From: Hamiltosporidium tvaerminnensis FI-OER-3-3
Lineage: Eukaryota; Fungi; Microsporidia
Direction: 5' to 3'
DNA: 64,000 bases
Assembly: GCA_022605425.2 (NCBI GenBank)
Contig: CM061248.1
Location: 186,001 to 250,000, forward strand
Shown: in pieces, positions 33,678 through 46,195 of the stretch
Position numbering within the stretch: position 1 is the stretch's first letter
Layout: each line of letters opens with the position of its first letter
Position numbers and translations under genes: made by a program
The notes under the pieces: model-generated
The model's database searches: none
Seen by the model: only the letters and a program-made list of their open reading frames with translations
Told to the model about the DNA's origin: nothing

Positions 33678-35999
33678 ATGAAATTTAATCTTTTCTTCCA
33701 TCTCATATCATTTTTATATAAACCAATAATTTTTGTGTTTATATACCATTCGAGTGAAAGAGATATAATATTTAATGTTGTAAATGAAAATGATGAGTCT
33801 AGCATAGCTGCAATTAACAATGAACTCAAGCCTGAATGTTTATGTCTAATCAAAAGAGATGAGACTAATGAAAATGATGAAAAAAACTGTTTAGAAAGAA
33901 TGTTTGACAGAGATGAAAATAGGCAATATGAACAGTATTATATAGAATTTATTGAGATAATTGGTCTTAAGTTTGATGTATTCGAAAAGTTTAACGATAC
34001 GAATTCAAACATTGAAATATTTATCTGTCATCATATAAGAAAATCTGATTTTTTAACATTTTATGAGTTTATAATTACATATTATTTACCGGTACATAAA
34101 ATGACAATTGAGAAGTTTTACTCAATATTGTATTTCTTAGAATATTTTAGAGTTCAATATGATAATAAATTGAGGAATGCAGTAAAAAATATTTGGATTT
34201 CTTTAATGGAATCTAATGAAATTAAATATTTAAATATTGAAAAAGTATCGTTTCATTTTTCAAAGCAACACTATTTTTCACATGCTTTATTTAAAAAAAT
34301 ATCACAAGAATATTTAAAACTACTTAATGACGGAAATGATTCCGAATTTTCGTTTTTTATAAGAGAATATAAATATTATATTTTTTATACATATAAAGGG
34401 TTGTTTACGGAAGATAGAAAGCATACTTTAGTAATTGATAACAAATTTCATACAGGTTTTTATAAAAGAGTAGTTGTGGATCGAAGAAGCCGACGTTTAT
34501 TTTTCACATTTCTAAATACATTAGATATAAAATATTTGCATATATATGAATTAAAAGAAAGGTATTGGAAGAGTTTTTGTTTTATTTTACAAAATTTAAA
34601 AAAAATAATCGATGAGATTGTATTTTTTTGTGGTTGCATATCTGATGATGTCATTCGTTCTCTAAATGCAAATTTAAATTTTGAAAATTTAAAAAAGATT
34701 GTTTTTATAAAATCTAAATTTGTTACAAGTTTCATATTCAAAGAGCATTTAGCCAAAATTAACGAATTTACATTTTATGAAGTGCATAATTATGGAAGAT
34801 ATATTCTCGATGAAATCAAAGAAGGGGATCTTAACATAGCAGGGAATATAATTAAAAGTCTGAAGTATAAATACCAACAATATTCACTTGAAGAATCTAT
34901 CAATAAGATCAATTATATACCAGAAGAAAATAAAGATTTTTATTTAAAGTTACTTAATGAAAATAACTTTAAAGGTAAATTTAGAATTATTGAATATTTT
35001 CGATTCAAAAATAATAATTTGGAAGTCGAGTGTTTTTATGAGTATAAAGGGCGTTTTAATAATATTTCAATTACTTTTTATCAATTAAATGGTAATCAAT
35101 TTTTTACAACTGAAAATACTATTTTAGAAGAAAATATAAAGTGTATTGAAATTTCATTTTCAGAAATAAAATCTGATCTTCTCAGAGATATTTTAAATAT
35201 AAAAGGGCTAGAAAGTTTGGAAATAAATTATTCAAATATATATATTGAAAATGAAATTTTTATAAACGAATCTATTAAATATTTTAGATTCTCGTATAGT
35301 AATTCTGACAGTTTTCATATTTTTTATAAGTTGATAGGTATGATTAAAGGTCTTCAAGAAATATACGTTTGTAAAATAAATTGTTTTACATTAAACCGTT
35401 CGGTAGATCAAATTTTCTATATTACAGAATTAACACACGAGAATACCCATGAAATGATTGATTTATTAAATTTTTTGACAGCTAATAAAAAATTTGCGTT
35501 TACAGCAGAAAATAAAGATATTTCTGATTCTGAAAATCCTAAGAATACCTTAAAGTTTTTATTTCATAAATATGATCTAAGCAGTATAAAGCAACTAAGT
35601 ATTAGACATTTTTTTATCGATAATTTAGATGTAAAAGCATTCAGTAATTTATTGAATCTAAAAGAATTAAATATTAGTAGAATTGATTTTCAAAATATTA
35701 GTTTTTCAGAATTGTTTTGTGAGTCACATGAATATAAAATAAAAAGAATGAAGTTAATTCAAATAAATATATCAGAAAAAGATTTCATATTTATTGCAAA
35801 TTTAAAGAAAATTGAAAAAATCATATGTGAGTGCTGTAATATACAGAAAAAGACTTACGGTTGGATAAAATTTTTGTTTAATAGTGAAGGTTACATTACG
35901 CTGAAATATAATACACGAAATGATAATTTATCAAATGAAGTTATTAATTTTATAAAAGAGAAATTTAAAACGAAATATATTGTTATAAGAGGAATTTAA
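33678..35999 (+). CDS. Putative secreted BTB-like/leucine-rich-repeat protein, 773 aa
   Basis: Signal-peptide-like N-terminus; BTB-like IEIFICHHIRKSDFLTFYEFI...MTIEKFYSILYFLEYFRV; LRRs (LNIKGLESLEINYS, FSNLLNLKELNISRI). Confidence 0.88.
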   Translation: MKFNLFFHLISFLYKPIIFVFIYHSSERDIIFNVVNENDESSIAAINNELKPECLCLIKRDETNENDEKNCLERMFDRDENRQYEQYYIEFIEIIGLKFDVFEKFNDTNSNIEIFICHHIRKSDFLTFYEFIITYYLPVHKMTIEKFYSILYFLEYFRVQYDNKLRNAVKNIWISLMESNEIKYLNIEKVSFHFSKQHYFSHALFKKISQEYLKLLNDGNDSEFSFFIREYKYYIFYTYKGLFTEDRKHTLVIDNKFHTGFYKRVVVDRRSRRLFFTFLNTLDIKYLHIYELKERYWKSFCFILQNLKKIIDEIVFFCGCISDDVIRSLNANLNFENLKKIVFIKSKFVTSFIFKEHLAKINEFTFYEVHNYGRYILDEIKEGDLNIAGNIIKSLKYKYQQYSLEESINKINYIPEENKDFYLKLLNENNFKGKFRIIEYFRFKNNNLEVECFYEYKGRFNNISITFYQLNGNQFFTTENTILEENIKCIEISFSEIKSDLLRDILNIKGLESLEINYSNIYIENEIFINESIKYFRFSYSNSDSFHIFYKLIGMIKGLQEIYVCKINCFTLNRSVDQIFYITELTHENTHEMIDLLNFLTANKKFAFTAENKDISDSENPKNTLKFLFHKYDLSSIKQLSIRHFFIDNLDVKAFSNLLNLKELNISRIDFQNISFSELFCESHEYKIKRMKLIQINISEKDFIFIANLKKIEKIICECCNIQKKTYGWIKFLFNSEGYITLKYNTRNDNLSNEVINFIKEKFKTKYIVIRGI

Positions 36000-36959
36000 G
36001 GCTTTTAATATTTTTAAATAAATTTGTGCCTTTTAAAATTATATGTAAATTATGGGTTTTAAGAATTGCAATTAAAATTTTACGGTGTTTTTCATTTTTA
36101 GTCAATATTTAGATTTAATCTGTAGAAAAAACAGAAGTATGGATGTAATCAGTTTTCTAATACAATATATTATAATTTTTTTGTCAGCTATTTCTTTTCA
36201 ATATGTATGACAGACAGTCTAAATGTGAATTAAAGCTTTGTTACCCTTTTTAAGGTGTGTCTTATGAAATTTTGATCAAATTAATTAAACAGGTTGTTTC
36301 CAAAAGAAAATTTTTCTTATTCATAAAATAAATAATTTAGTAAGAAGGATCAATCTGTTTCTCGTTTGGAATTTCTGGCATCTTTAACTTTATATTTTTG
36401 TAGGGAATCAAGGTTTATATTCTTTTTTTAAAAAAAAATTAATTTATTTAAAGGTGGACAAAGGAAATTACATAAAAATCTATCTACTAAGACACTATTA
36501 ACTAAAACTTAAAAGGCAAATTTATTGTTTAGATTTTTGATACGAATGATAAACCCGCTATAATTTCTACCGTTTCATCAAATTTGTAAGAGGAAAGAAT
36601 GATCTGCAAATTTTTGCGGCTTTTTTAATACGAAAAGCGTTGTAGTTTTTAATGTGGTTATCCACTCTGAACTTGTATAAGTGATTTTCTATATTAAACA
36701 TAGAAATTTATAATGTGATGAAAACAATATAACACATGCCACTGTTCTAAAAAAAGTAAAATTCTATAAAAAAAATAATTTTAGAACTAACAAAATCTGA
36801 GATATAAAATTAAAAAGAAGAAAGGTAAAACCAAAGAATCAACGCTCTTTACTAACACATACCTTATTAATAATCTCATATCATATCTCATATTCATCTA
36901 ATTAACTCTCAAATACCCTCACCAATCACTAATAACTCTTACACCAATCCTAAACCTCT

Positions 36960-39110
36960 CCTTCTCTCTCCTGAAATCAACAACAACCTCAGGAAAGTTA
37001 TCAATATCAAACAAACACTCAAAAACACAGATAATAACACCCTCACCTTCTTTCTTACAACACAATTCTCTTATAAATTTTTCTCAATTATTTTTAAACC
37101 TCTCATTATCATAAAACGTACAAAACACAACAGTATCTCTTATTGTTACCATACTTATATCTACATTCCACTCCCTGTTAAAATATTTTAATATTTCAGA
37201 TAATTTACAGTCACCAGGGACAAAGGTATTCCAAAGAGTAAAAGTAGTACTATTAGTATTAACAGGATGTAAGATATCAGAGTAAGTATTAACAGGGTGT
37301 TGTTTACTAGTACTGGTATTAACACCCTCTAATCCATTACTGTTACTAACACCCTCTAATCCATTACTGTCACTAACACCCTCTAATCTATCTCTATTAT
37401 TAACACCCCCCTCCCTACTATCACACCTAACCATCCCACATTCCATCTTCTCAGCCTCAATAACAGATTTACACCTTATAAATGAAAGTCCTAAATTAAC
37501 ATACCAATTCTTATACCCATTACCATATAAAAAATATCCAATCATTTCTAAAACACATAACCCTGATATAACAGATGTAGTAGTTGCTATTGCTGGTATT
37601 ATACGACCTGCTATACCTTTTACTGTTAATTTAGAAACTTCTTTTACTTTATAATTATGTGCTTTTAAATTAGCACATGCATATATAAAATCTATATGAC
37701 CATTACTATCATTATCCTTCTTAAGAGTAACAGGATGAAGAGTAATTATATTATTAGTATTGTTATAAGACGGAATGTTAGTGTGTAAGGTATTTGGTTG
37801 GTGATTAAAGGGGCGTTGTTCATTAGAACTTTTATTAAGAGGGTGTTGTTTAATACTACAGTTATCAAAGGGGTGTTGTTTATTTGTACTGTTACTAACA
37901 CCCTTTATATTACTACCTTTCTCACTAACACCCTCTAATTTACTACCGTTGTCATTAACACCCTCTAACATACTCTTATCATAAATCCCATCTCTTATTA
38001 TATCTTTCACCTCCTTATAACTAACACCGTCTCCATTACCCTCTAATCCCTTTATCTCATACACATTACATATAACCCTACAATAACTCTGTACAAACAA
38101 CACATGTACACAATCATCCTTATTAAAAATAAAAGGTAAAGGTGGTCTCTTTAGCGGTACCCAAAAAGGTTGTCCTTCTCTTGTTACATGTCCAACAGGA
38201 AATGTTTCTATAAGTGTCTTAAATTTATATAAAAATACTTATTAAATAAAATAACACCTTCTCTTACACATTCATATATATTCTTAGGTATACTACTTGC
38301 TAACTCTCATATATCCTCACCAATAGCAACACTCTCAGTACTAAGATTATCATGCGTAGGGATAGTATTGTTAGTAGTAGCGTTAGTAATATATGGGGTG
38401 CTAGTAGTAGGTATAGTATTAACAGGGTGTAAATTATTAATACTATTGTTAACAGGGTCTAGTTCAATATCTTTTAACTAACGCTCCTATAATTACTACT
38501 ACCGTTACTATTCCCCTCTAATTTACTATCCCTATAATTAACACCCCTATAATTAATACCTCTATCCATACTATCACCCTCCAATATATCACCCCCACAC
38601 TTTATATACTCACTTATACCAATAATCTTCTCTTCAAAATTACTCTTAAACTCACTCAATGCCCACTCTATAGATATTCAATACAATGAGGAAAATTACG
38701 TATAATACATGACGGTATACACTTATCAGGTTGATCTCTACTACTATAACTCTCTGTCTTATAAAGTATTACTATCTGTACATTACCTTTAGTACCTAAA
38801 GTACCACTTTCAAATCAAGGTATTTTATTAGTAATACATCTTCTATCTACATACAGTCTAGCTTCTATATTATCTAAAGCATTTACTAGTAAAGAGGTTT
38901 CAATAAGAAAAGTATCAGAGAATATAGACTCAGTCTCTTTACCTACTTTAAAAGAGAGATGTATAATAGTATTGTAAGTAAGGTTGTTGAAAAATGTATT
39001 GGTATTGTTATTATTAGTACTATTATTTTTAAGTATTGTTTAGAATTAAAAATAGTATTATTACTATTATTAGTAATAGAATTCTTTATGGTTAGGGTTA
39101 GTTATATTAT
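36960..39110 (-). pseudogene. UBA1: Ubiquitin-activating enzyme E1, C-terminal half only, with stops, frameshifts and repeat insertions
   Basis: [37 protein letters not shown] (catalytic Cys region), FWVPLKRPP, KDNDSNGHIDFIYACANL, IAGRIIPAIATTT; truncated at the LINE. Confidence 0.88.
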
Positions 39111-39117
39111 TATCCTA

Positions 39118-42100
39118 ATGGCTATAAAGAAAAATGTTAACAGCAAAATATCAAAAATTACTAAAATAAAGGCTTCAAACCACGCTGATGGGGTGAAGAA
39201 AAGTGATAGTTGGATACAAAAATGTGAGCTACACCCACCGGCGATTTCTCTACCTTCCTCCTCCTACACAACAATAACACATCCACCACCAAGTCAAACA
39301 TGCAGTAAAATGCAAAATAGTGGGCTTGACACCTTACCTTCGCCTAATACACCAGTTCCCTCTTCGGTTGAAGTCTCTGCGTGCGAGCCATCGTACGACA
39401 TGACAAGCCCCTGTACTCTAGCTATTCCGGAAGGTAACAGGCTAATGGCATTGCGGACGATATTCGATTCCGTAACAGCCGACCCGAAGGAATGGCCTCG
39501 AATTGTTTTTTTTGCAGTACAGACAAGGTTTGAAAGAATGCCAAGAAATGGCTGGACAGAGCTTCACAGGTACTATAATGAGAAATTCGGCTGCACTGAA
39601 ACTCTCGAAGTGTTAAAAAAATTGGCACAAAGTGAGATGGGAAAGGAAGTAAAATCAGAAGAGAATGGAGAACGACGTAGAATCGCCACTTGTCTCGCTG
39701 ATACATGCACCTTGACCGACATCACGGAGTCATAAACCTGAGAGATAAATTCTTGAGTAAAATCAAAGAAATCTCGAAGAAGGAAATTGGAAAAGTGGTG
39801 GTCCGAACTAGAAAACATCCAAATGAATTGGTTGATAGTAAATTCCTGGATCTCATTAATCGAGAAGTCTATGAATAAGCCGGAGCTCATGTACCCGAGT
39901 CAATTACGGAAGCCGCGTATATCATGCAAGCTGCGCAGGTATGCTATGACGAGGCAACACGTAAAGAGAAGCCTAGATCCGCTTGGAAGGAAAACATAGA
40001 AAGTAAAATTTCTAAGTTAGTACTTTCCAAAGATCTTCTCGAGAAGGCTCGTAAGCAGGAAAAGCTCTCCATTTCGGAAACGAAGAGCCTTAAGAAAATC
40101 ATGCGAGAGTTTAATTTAAACTTGAGCAGTGTAACTGATCTTTCTGAGGCTTTAGTTAAGAAGAATGAGTCTTTGAATGTGTACGAGAAAAAAATTACGA
40201 TGTATGAAAGTAGGAAGCAATTCCGAAAAGAGAATCGTATGTTTGAGCTTTTCCGAGGTCGATTTTATCGTGGGTTATCTGGGCGTGTGGAATCCGAGCA
40301 TGTGGTTAGTCGTGATGAAATTGTGAGTTTTTGGTCTACAATGTGGAACAAAAATGATGACACTGTCATGTGGGATAATTATTTGATTCCATTTGTATCA
40401 GATAATCATCCGACCACGTTTCCTTCACTTGATGAACTTTTAAATATCATTAATTGGCTTCCTAATTGGAAAGCTGCTGGAATTGATGGTATATACAATT
40501 ATTTCATAAAGAAACTTACAACTTTTCATAAACATCGTAATGATATTGTGAAAGTTATATGTTTATAAGGAACACCTCAAGCTGATTGGTTTTACTGCGG
40601 GCTTACGTATTTAATACCAAAAGGAACACCCCAAAGAGGTTCTGACTATCAGGCCAAACACTTGTATGTCTACGCTCTACAAGTTAACGACAAAGTTTGT
40701 AACGAAAGTCGTTCAACTTGAAGTGGAAGGAAGGATTGCTTTCAGAGAATCAATTAGGGGCGGTAAGAGATGTGCAGGGAGCGAAAGAGCAGGCTCTACT
40801 GAATATTGCCTTAAATAAAGAGTATGGAAACAATCTTAAGGCAAAATGGATTGATGTTAAAAAAGCTATGATTCAATAGATCATGCTTATTTAACTCAAT
40901 GCATTGAAAACCTTAATTTACGTGATTGGATCCTGAAATTTATCAAGGTAATTATATCAAAATGGAAAATTGATATATCAGTAGGGCCTGAAAAAATCAT
41001 GAGCAAGAAGATTGATAGAGGGATTCTGCAAGGAGATAGTTTGTAACCATTGTTGTTTGTGTTGTGTATGGATCTATTAAGCCGAAAACTTAATGAAAAA
41101 TACACAAAAGTGACAGTACAAACAGATGCAGAATCCCATTCTACTAATTATCTCTTGTTTATTGACGATCTGTAGCTCCTTGCAAAAGACAGCTCCACAT
41201 TGAGTGCTAGGACAGGCGAGACAAAGGAATTTTTAGAGGTGATTGGCTCGGAGATTAACAAAAAGAAGTCAGCCACAAATGATACGTGTTGTGAAGATAC
41301 TGCTACTCTTCTAGAAGGTGTTAGTGTTACAAATATTTAGGAATAATAGAAGATAGCAGAGGAATCCCAACACGTAGCTCATTTGAAGAAGTACAGAGCA
41401 AACTTATATCAAGAGTTTAAAGACTTTGTCGCACTAGATTAAATGCAAAAAATTTATTTTCTGCAATCAATCAACATGCGATATCGTTAATCAACTATCA
41501 CATAGGAGTACTTCGACTTGAACCGGCTGACTTCCCTACGTTAGATGATGCAGTGCGTGTGGTGTTGGTGAAGAATAAGATACATCTTCGCCCAGGATGT
41601 AAAGAGCGTTTGTATCTTCCTAGAACAGAACTTGGAAGAGGCCTACATGTGTTGAGTTGCGAAGCGAACATATGCTTCTGCAACTCTTGGATTGTCTGGA
41701 AAAAAGTAAAGAAATATCAACTAGACGAGCAGCAATCCTCAAGGTGGAGAATAATAATAAAACCCATCTTGCACTAATAAAAGGCTTCTTAAAACTAAAA
41801 TACAGGTTAGTAGAAGAAGTCACTAAGAAAATTTTAGAAGAAGCTCAACTTGCAAAACTATATAACGAAATAGAAAAACGAAACTCCATTCAAAGTTATA
41901 TAATGCAAGGAAAAATGAGCTTGTAAGTGTTAGTGACTCTTCAAGATGGCTAAAGAGAGGAAATATTAGGCCGCGTGATAATCCTGTGTTCTGCTATATC
42001 CAGGATAGAAATGTATTCTGGGGAGCAGATGGTATGTGTTAACACTTAAATAAATCTGGTAAGACTGTAGATTATCTAGCAACTCGATGCGAAAAAATGC

Positions 42101-42912
42101 TAGGCCATGACTACACCAGACGGCATAATGAAGTGGTTAGATTCCTACACTTATTTCTCCTAAATAGATATAAGTTTAAGTCTTCAAAACGAATTAGGAG
42201 TCACTCAGTTCAAGAAATTCTTGATATGAGTATGCAGAGATAAGAGTGTACACCAGAATAAAAACTGATGTTAAAATTCGGAATAACAGACCCGATATAT
42301 TTATTTTAGATAAGAAGAAGAATAAGATAACACTCATTGAAGTAGGAATCACTTCCCAAGATTCACTTCAAATAGTTGAAACTGAAAAACTTAGGAAGTA
42401 TGACCTGCTAGGTAATGAGTTGGGTCTTATTTATAGGTGTAGTGTTGAGATAATCCCTTATGTGATGACCTGGGACGGTATTGTGACAAAATACCATAAA
42501 TCTCATCTTAAAAGACTAGAAATACCCATGAATGTAGAGGCATACATTCAGTCTATAGTACTTAAGATGACAGTCGAAACAATTTCCTTTGATCGACGAA
42601 GAGGACTTGAGTCAGGACTAAATGCCGAAGAGAGCTGGGAGAGAGCGTCAATGGGTGTTATTATGAGATCAGAGAAGCATGAGGAAATAACACTCCCTTA
42701 AAAGAAGAGAAGAGAGAGGAATATGGTGCAAAAATTTTAAACCAAAAAATAAAGCACCCTTTATTTCACAAGGAGGAACCACTTTAGAGGAACCGACCAA
42801 TAACATAAATGAAGAGTCGGATTTGGAAGAAGAGACAGTAGTGGTTAAAGAGGTAGAAGAAAACATATAAAAATGTTAAAAATATTTTAACCCAGAATTC
42901 TATTAAATAAAT
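39118..42912 (+). mobile_element. Near full-length R4-clade non-LTR retrotransposon (RT + restriction-like endonuclease), copy A, defective
   Basis: PNWKAAGIDGI, GILQGDSL*PLLF, LFIDDL, RLYLPRTELGRGL, CEKMLGHDYTRRHN, RPDIFILD..LIEVG..KYDLL; many stops and frameshifts. Confidence 0.92.
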
Positions 42913-43042
42913 TATTTCACTTGACCCCTATTATATTTATCAATTAAATACTTCATATTTTAATATTGGGGTGTTAAATATGAATAAATAGAAAATAAAG
43001 GGAGTTATAAATATATTGAAAATATGGGGGGTGTATTAGAAA

Positions 43043-46000
43043 TAGAGTTGCCAGATGTCCCGATTTGATCGAGACATCCCGATTTTTTAGACCTTTACGA
43101 AATGTCCCGTCGGAACACGCAGTGTCCCGATATTTTCCCAGTTTCATTATCTGACAGTTTATTTAATGATTCCTATAAGGCCACACTCGGAAATATAAGT
43201 CAGGAGTTCTTGTAAGTCAAACTGATGGTATCAGTTATCCATCTGATGTTCCAAGAAAAGTTCCTTCTGTATACCAAACAGATGTCTTGAATCTCTACAT
43301 CCCTTATTTTTTCGTCTAAGTTGCTTGTGATCTTTTTGCTGTGCTACACCTACTTACTCTACTGGAATCAATAAGTAAGTATCAATTAAAATTAGAACTC
43401 TAGTTTCGAAACCGTGGTGTCAATTTTTAATTTCAAAAGATTCATTAGAGATATTGTATTTATTCAAAGTAAAAAACGAATGGAAAAGAGAATAAAGATC
43501 GGGCCCAGTACCAGCAGCTCCAATTTATTTTTAATATTAACAAAAAAATTCATATTAATTATTATGCTGTGTAATTATTATATGTTTCACCTGTTGTTTT
43601 ATGTCAGTGCAAGGTCGGGTAAACACAGTATAAACAAATATTGTTAAGGCCGACAAATATTATGAGTTTATGGTTTATATTAAGGGGGCGGCATTTTTTC
43701 CAAAGGGGGCTGCAGTTTGAGTAGTTTGAACGCCCCAGGTGACGTTCTTCCTAGTTACGCCACTGTAATGATCTGTTAAAACGAAGATATAATTACCTAT
43801 TTTTTTTATTTCAATTCTATTGTGATTTGTAACTATCTTACTTGTTATTTTTAGTAGTTTAGTTTACTGTGTTAATTATACCTTTTTGGATTTTATTTGT
43901 AGAAAAATGAGTGGAAAGGAGTCAAATACAATGGACGATGCAACTCCTCCCAAACAAGCAAAAAGATTAACAAAGTACGGTAAAACTTGGGAAACTTCTC
44001 ATCCATTGTCAAAAGAAGTAAAAAATAATACATTCAAGGCGTTTTGTACAATTTGCAATGAAGAATTGTCATGTGCCCATGGTGGAATTTCTGATTTAAA
44101 GCATCATGCATCTAGTGCTTCACACATTAATATCATTAAAACCAAAGCAAGCAGTGCACTGTCGAAATTTATTAACAAGCCAAATGATGCAGTGTTAGAA
44201 TTTAAAATCAGTGTTTCCTTTGGAGAAATCACGTGTGTATATCATACAGTAAATCATGGCCTTAGCTATAATAGTATGGATTGTGGGCATAAGTTGTTAC
44301 CTACTGTTTGCAGTGATTCGAAAATTGCACAAAAATTTTCGTGTGGCAGGGCAAAAGCAACAGCTATTGTTTCGAGCTAACTAAAGAGTCTATCAAAGAG
44401 GTTTTGAAGTCTCTCAAGGAAAATGATTCGTTTTTTTCCATTGCCACTGATGCTAAAAATAAGAAAAACAGAAAAATGTTTCCATATGTATTCGTTATTT
44501 TGACTTATATTCTGGAATTGAGAATTGGCTTCTGGACTTTTTTGAGTGCAATAATGAATCGGTTGATGTAGTTTCCAAATTACTACAAGATTCTTTAGCA
44601 AAGAACGAACTGTCAATGAGTAAAGTGTCTACCTTTTCTGCAGAAAACAAATGTAAACTTTGGTTGTAATCATTCAATTTACACTAAATTTAAAGAATTA
44701 AATAACAGTATCGTTGAAGCTAAATGTCTAGTTCATATTCTCCATAAGGCAAGCAACTTTGCTGAGAACAAATTAAAAGTAGATGTTGAGTGTTTACGTT
44801 TAAATAAGTAGCCGTTTCAGTAGATCTGCTAAACGAAGAGCTGATTTAATGGAGCACTTTGAGTCAATTGAAATGCAGAGGGAGGAAATAGTGAGGCATG
44901 TTGTTACAAGATTCTTGACTCTGGGTCCTGCAATTCAACGTATTCTGAAATTATGGCCAGCTCTCAAGTCACACTTTCAAGATGAAGATAATGAATGTCC
45001 AACTAGCCTTCAGAATATTTTCATTTCTGAAGAAGAGGAAAACAAGATGCTAGCATATTTTGCGTTCCTCCACAATGTGAAATTCGTTTTAGAAAATACT
45101 ATGAAGAAACTTGAATCACATTCCCTAACAGTTGTTGAAATGCATGTTCAAATGAATACATTGTTCAAAAAAATTGAACAAAGAATGAATGATAATTTAT
45201 CCGGAAGACAAACAAAAAAAATTCTTGATCTGTTAAAGCAAAGTAACGTAGACTTAGCGGAATCGATGAAAAATGATTTTTTATCTTTTTATAGTAACTT
45301 CATTACTTATCTAAGAAAAATGTATGATTTCTCAGCTCATAATATGCTCTCAAAGTTGTTGTTCTTTAACTTAGATACAGTGATAAGTTACAGTGAACTA
45401 GTGTCAAGTGGTGAACTACTGAATATTCATGTAGATGAATATGTTTTATATAATGAATACTAAATTATGAAACCAAGCTTTGAACAAATTGTTGCAGAAA
45501 AGGATTTCAATGCTATACAAAAATGGAAAACGGTTTTTAAACCCTTTTCAAAGACAGATGTGCAAAATATTTTCCAAATTGTTGAATTTATAATGAGTAT
45601 TCCAAGTTCAAATTGTTATGTGGAAAGATTTTTTTCTCAAATGTCCATCAAATGGAGTGATGTTAGGAATAGGTGTTTGTTTGAAATTATACGAGATGAA
45701 CTAATGATAATGTTCAACTTCAAGCTTGATTGTAAAAGCTTCTACCAATATTTGAAAACCAACAAAAATTTTCTAAAAAAATTACAATTATCATCAAAGT
45801 ATGAAAAATAAAAAACCTTTAATAAACAGTTATTTTGAAAGAAACAATGCACGTATTTTCATTTCATTTTTTTCGCATTATACCTAGTTCTGCCATAAGT
45901 TCTGTTACAAGAAAAAGTGTTTCTAGAAAATAAAGTACTCATAGTTCTTGGGAAAAGTAATTTATTTATAAAATTGTGAGCTGGTAATCCTTAGCTTCAT

Positions 46001-46195
46001 ATCTGAGATAAACATTAGGTAGGTTTCAATAGGGATTTACGTTAGCTAATCTTTATGTCCAATGTTTGAAACAGAACTTATGGCAAGACTAGGTACTTCC
46101 GGGGGTTTTGTCCCGATCATTCATCGAAAATCCCGATTTTTTGGCACTTTTTACTCATATGTCCTGATATCGGCTTAAAAAATCTGGTAACCCTA
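43043..46195 (+). mobile_element. hAT transposon (Tip100/Blackjack-like ends)
   Basis: TIRs TAGAGTTGCCAGAT / TAGGGTTACCAGAT; subterminal TCCCGA repeats at both ends; no clear TSD. Confidence 0.88.
43907..45811 (+). pseudogene. hAT transposase, frameshifted
   Basis: Zn finger AFCTIC...DLKHHASSASH, SIATDA, RHVVTRFLTL, dimerisation motif SIPSSNCYVERFFSQM. Confidence 0.88.

Noticed and set aside
38959-39117. Hydrophobic N-terminal extension of ORF 38959-39735
   Set aside because: It is the antisense of an Asn-rich UBA1 insert running into the LINE ORF; the homologous LINE start is ATG 39118
41041-41420. Stop-codon reassignment suggested by TAA shared between LINE copies
   Set aside because: The stops replace different expected residues (Ser, Glu), copy B has GAA, and intact genes terminate at TAA
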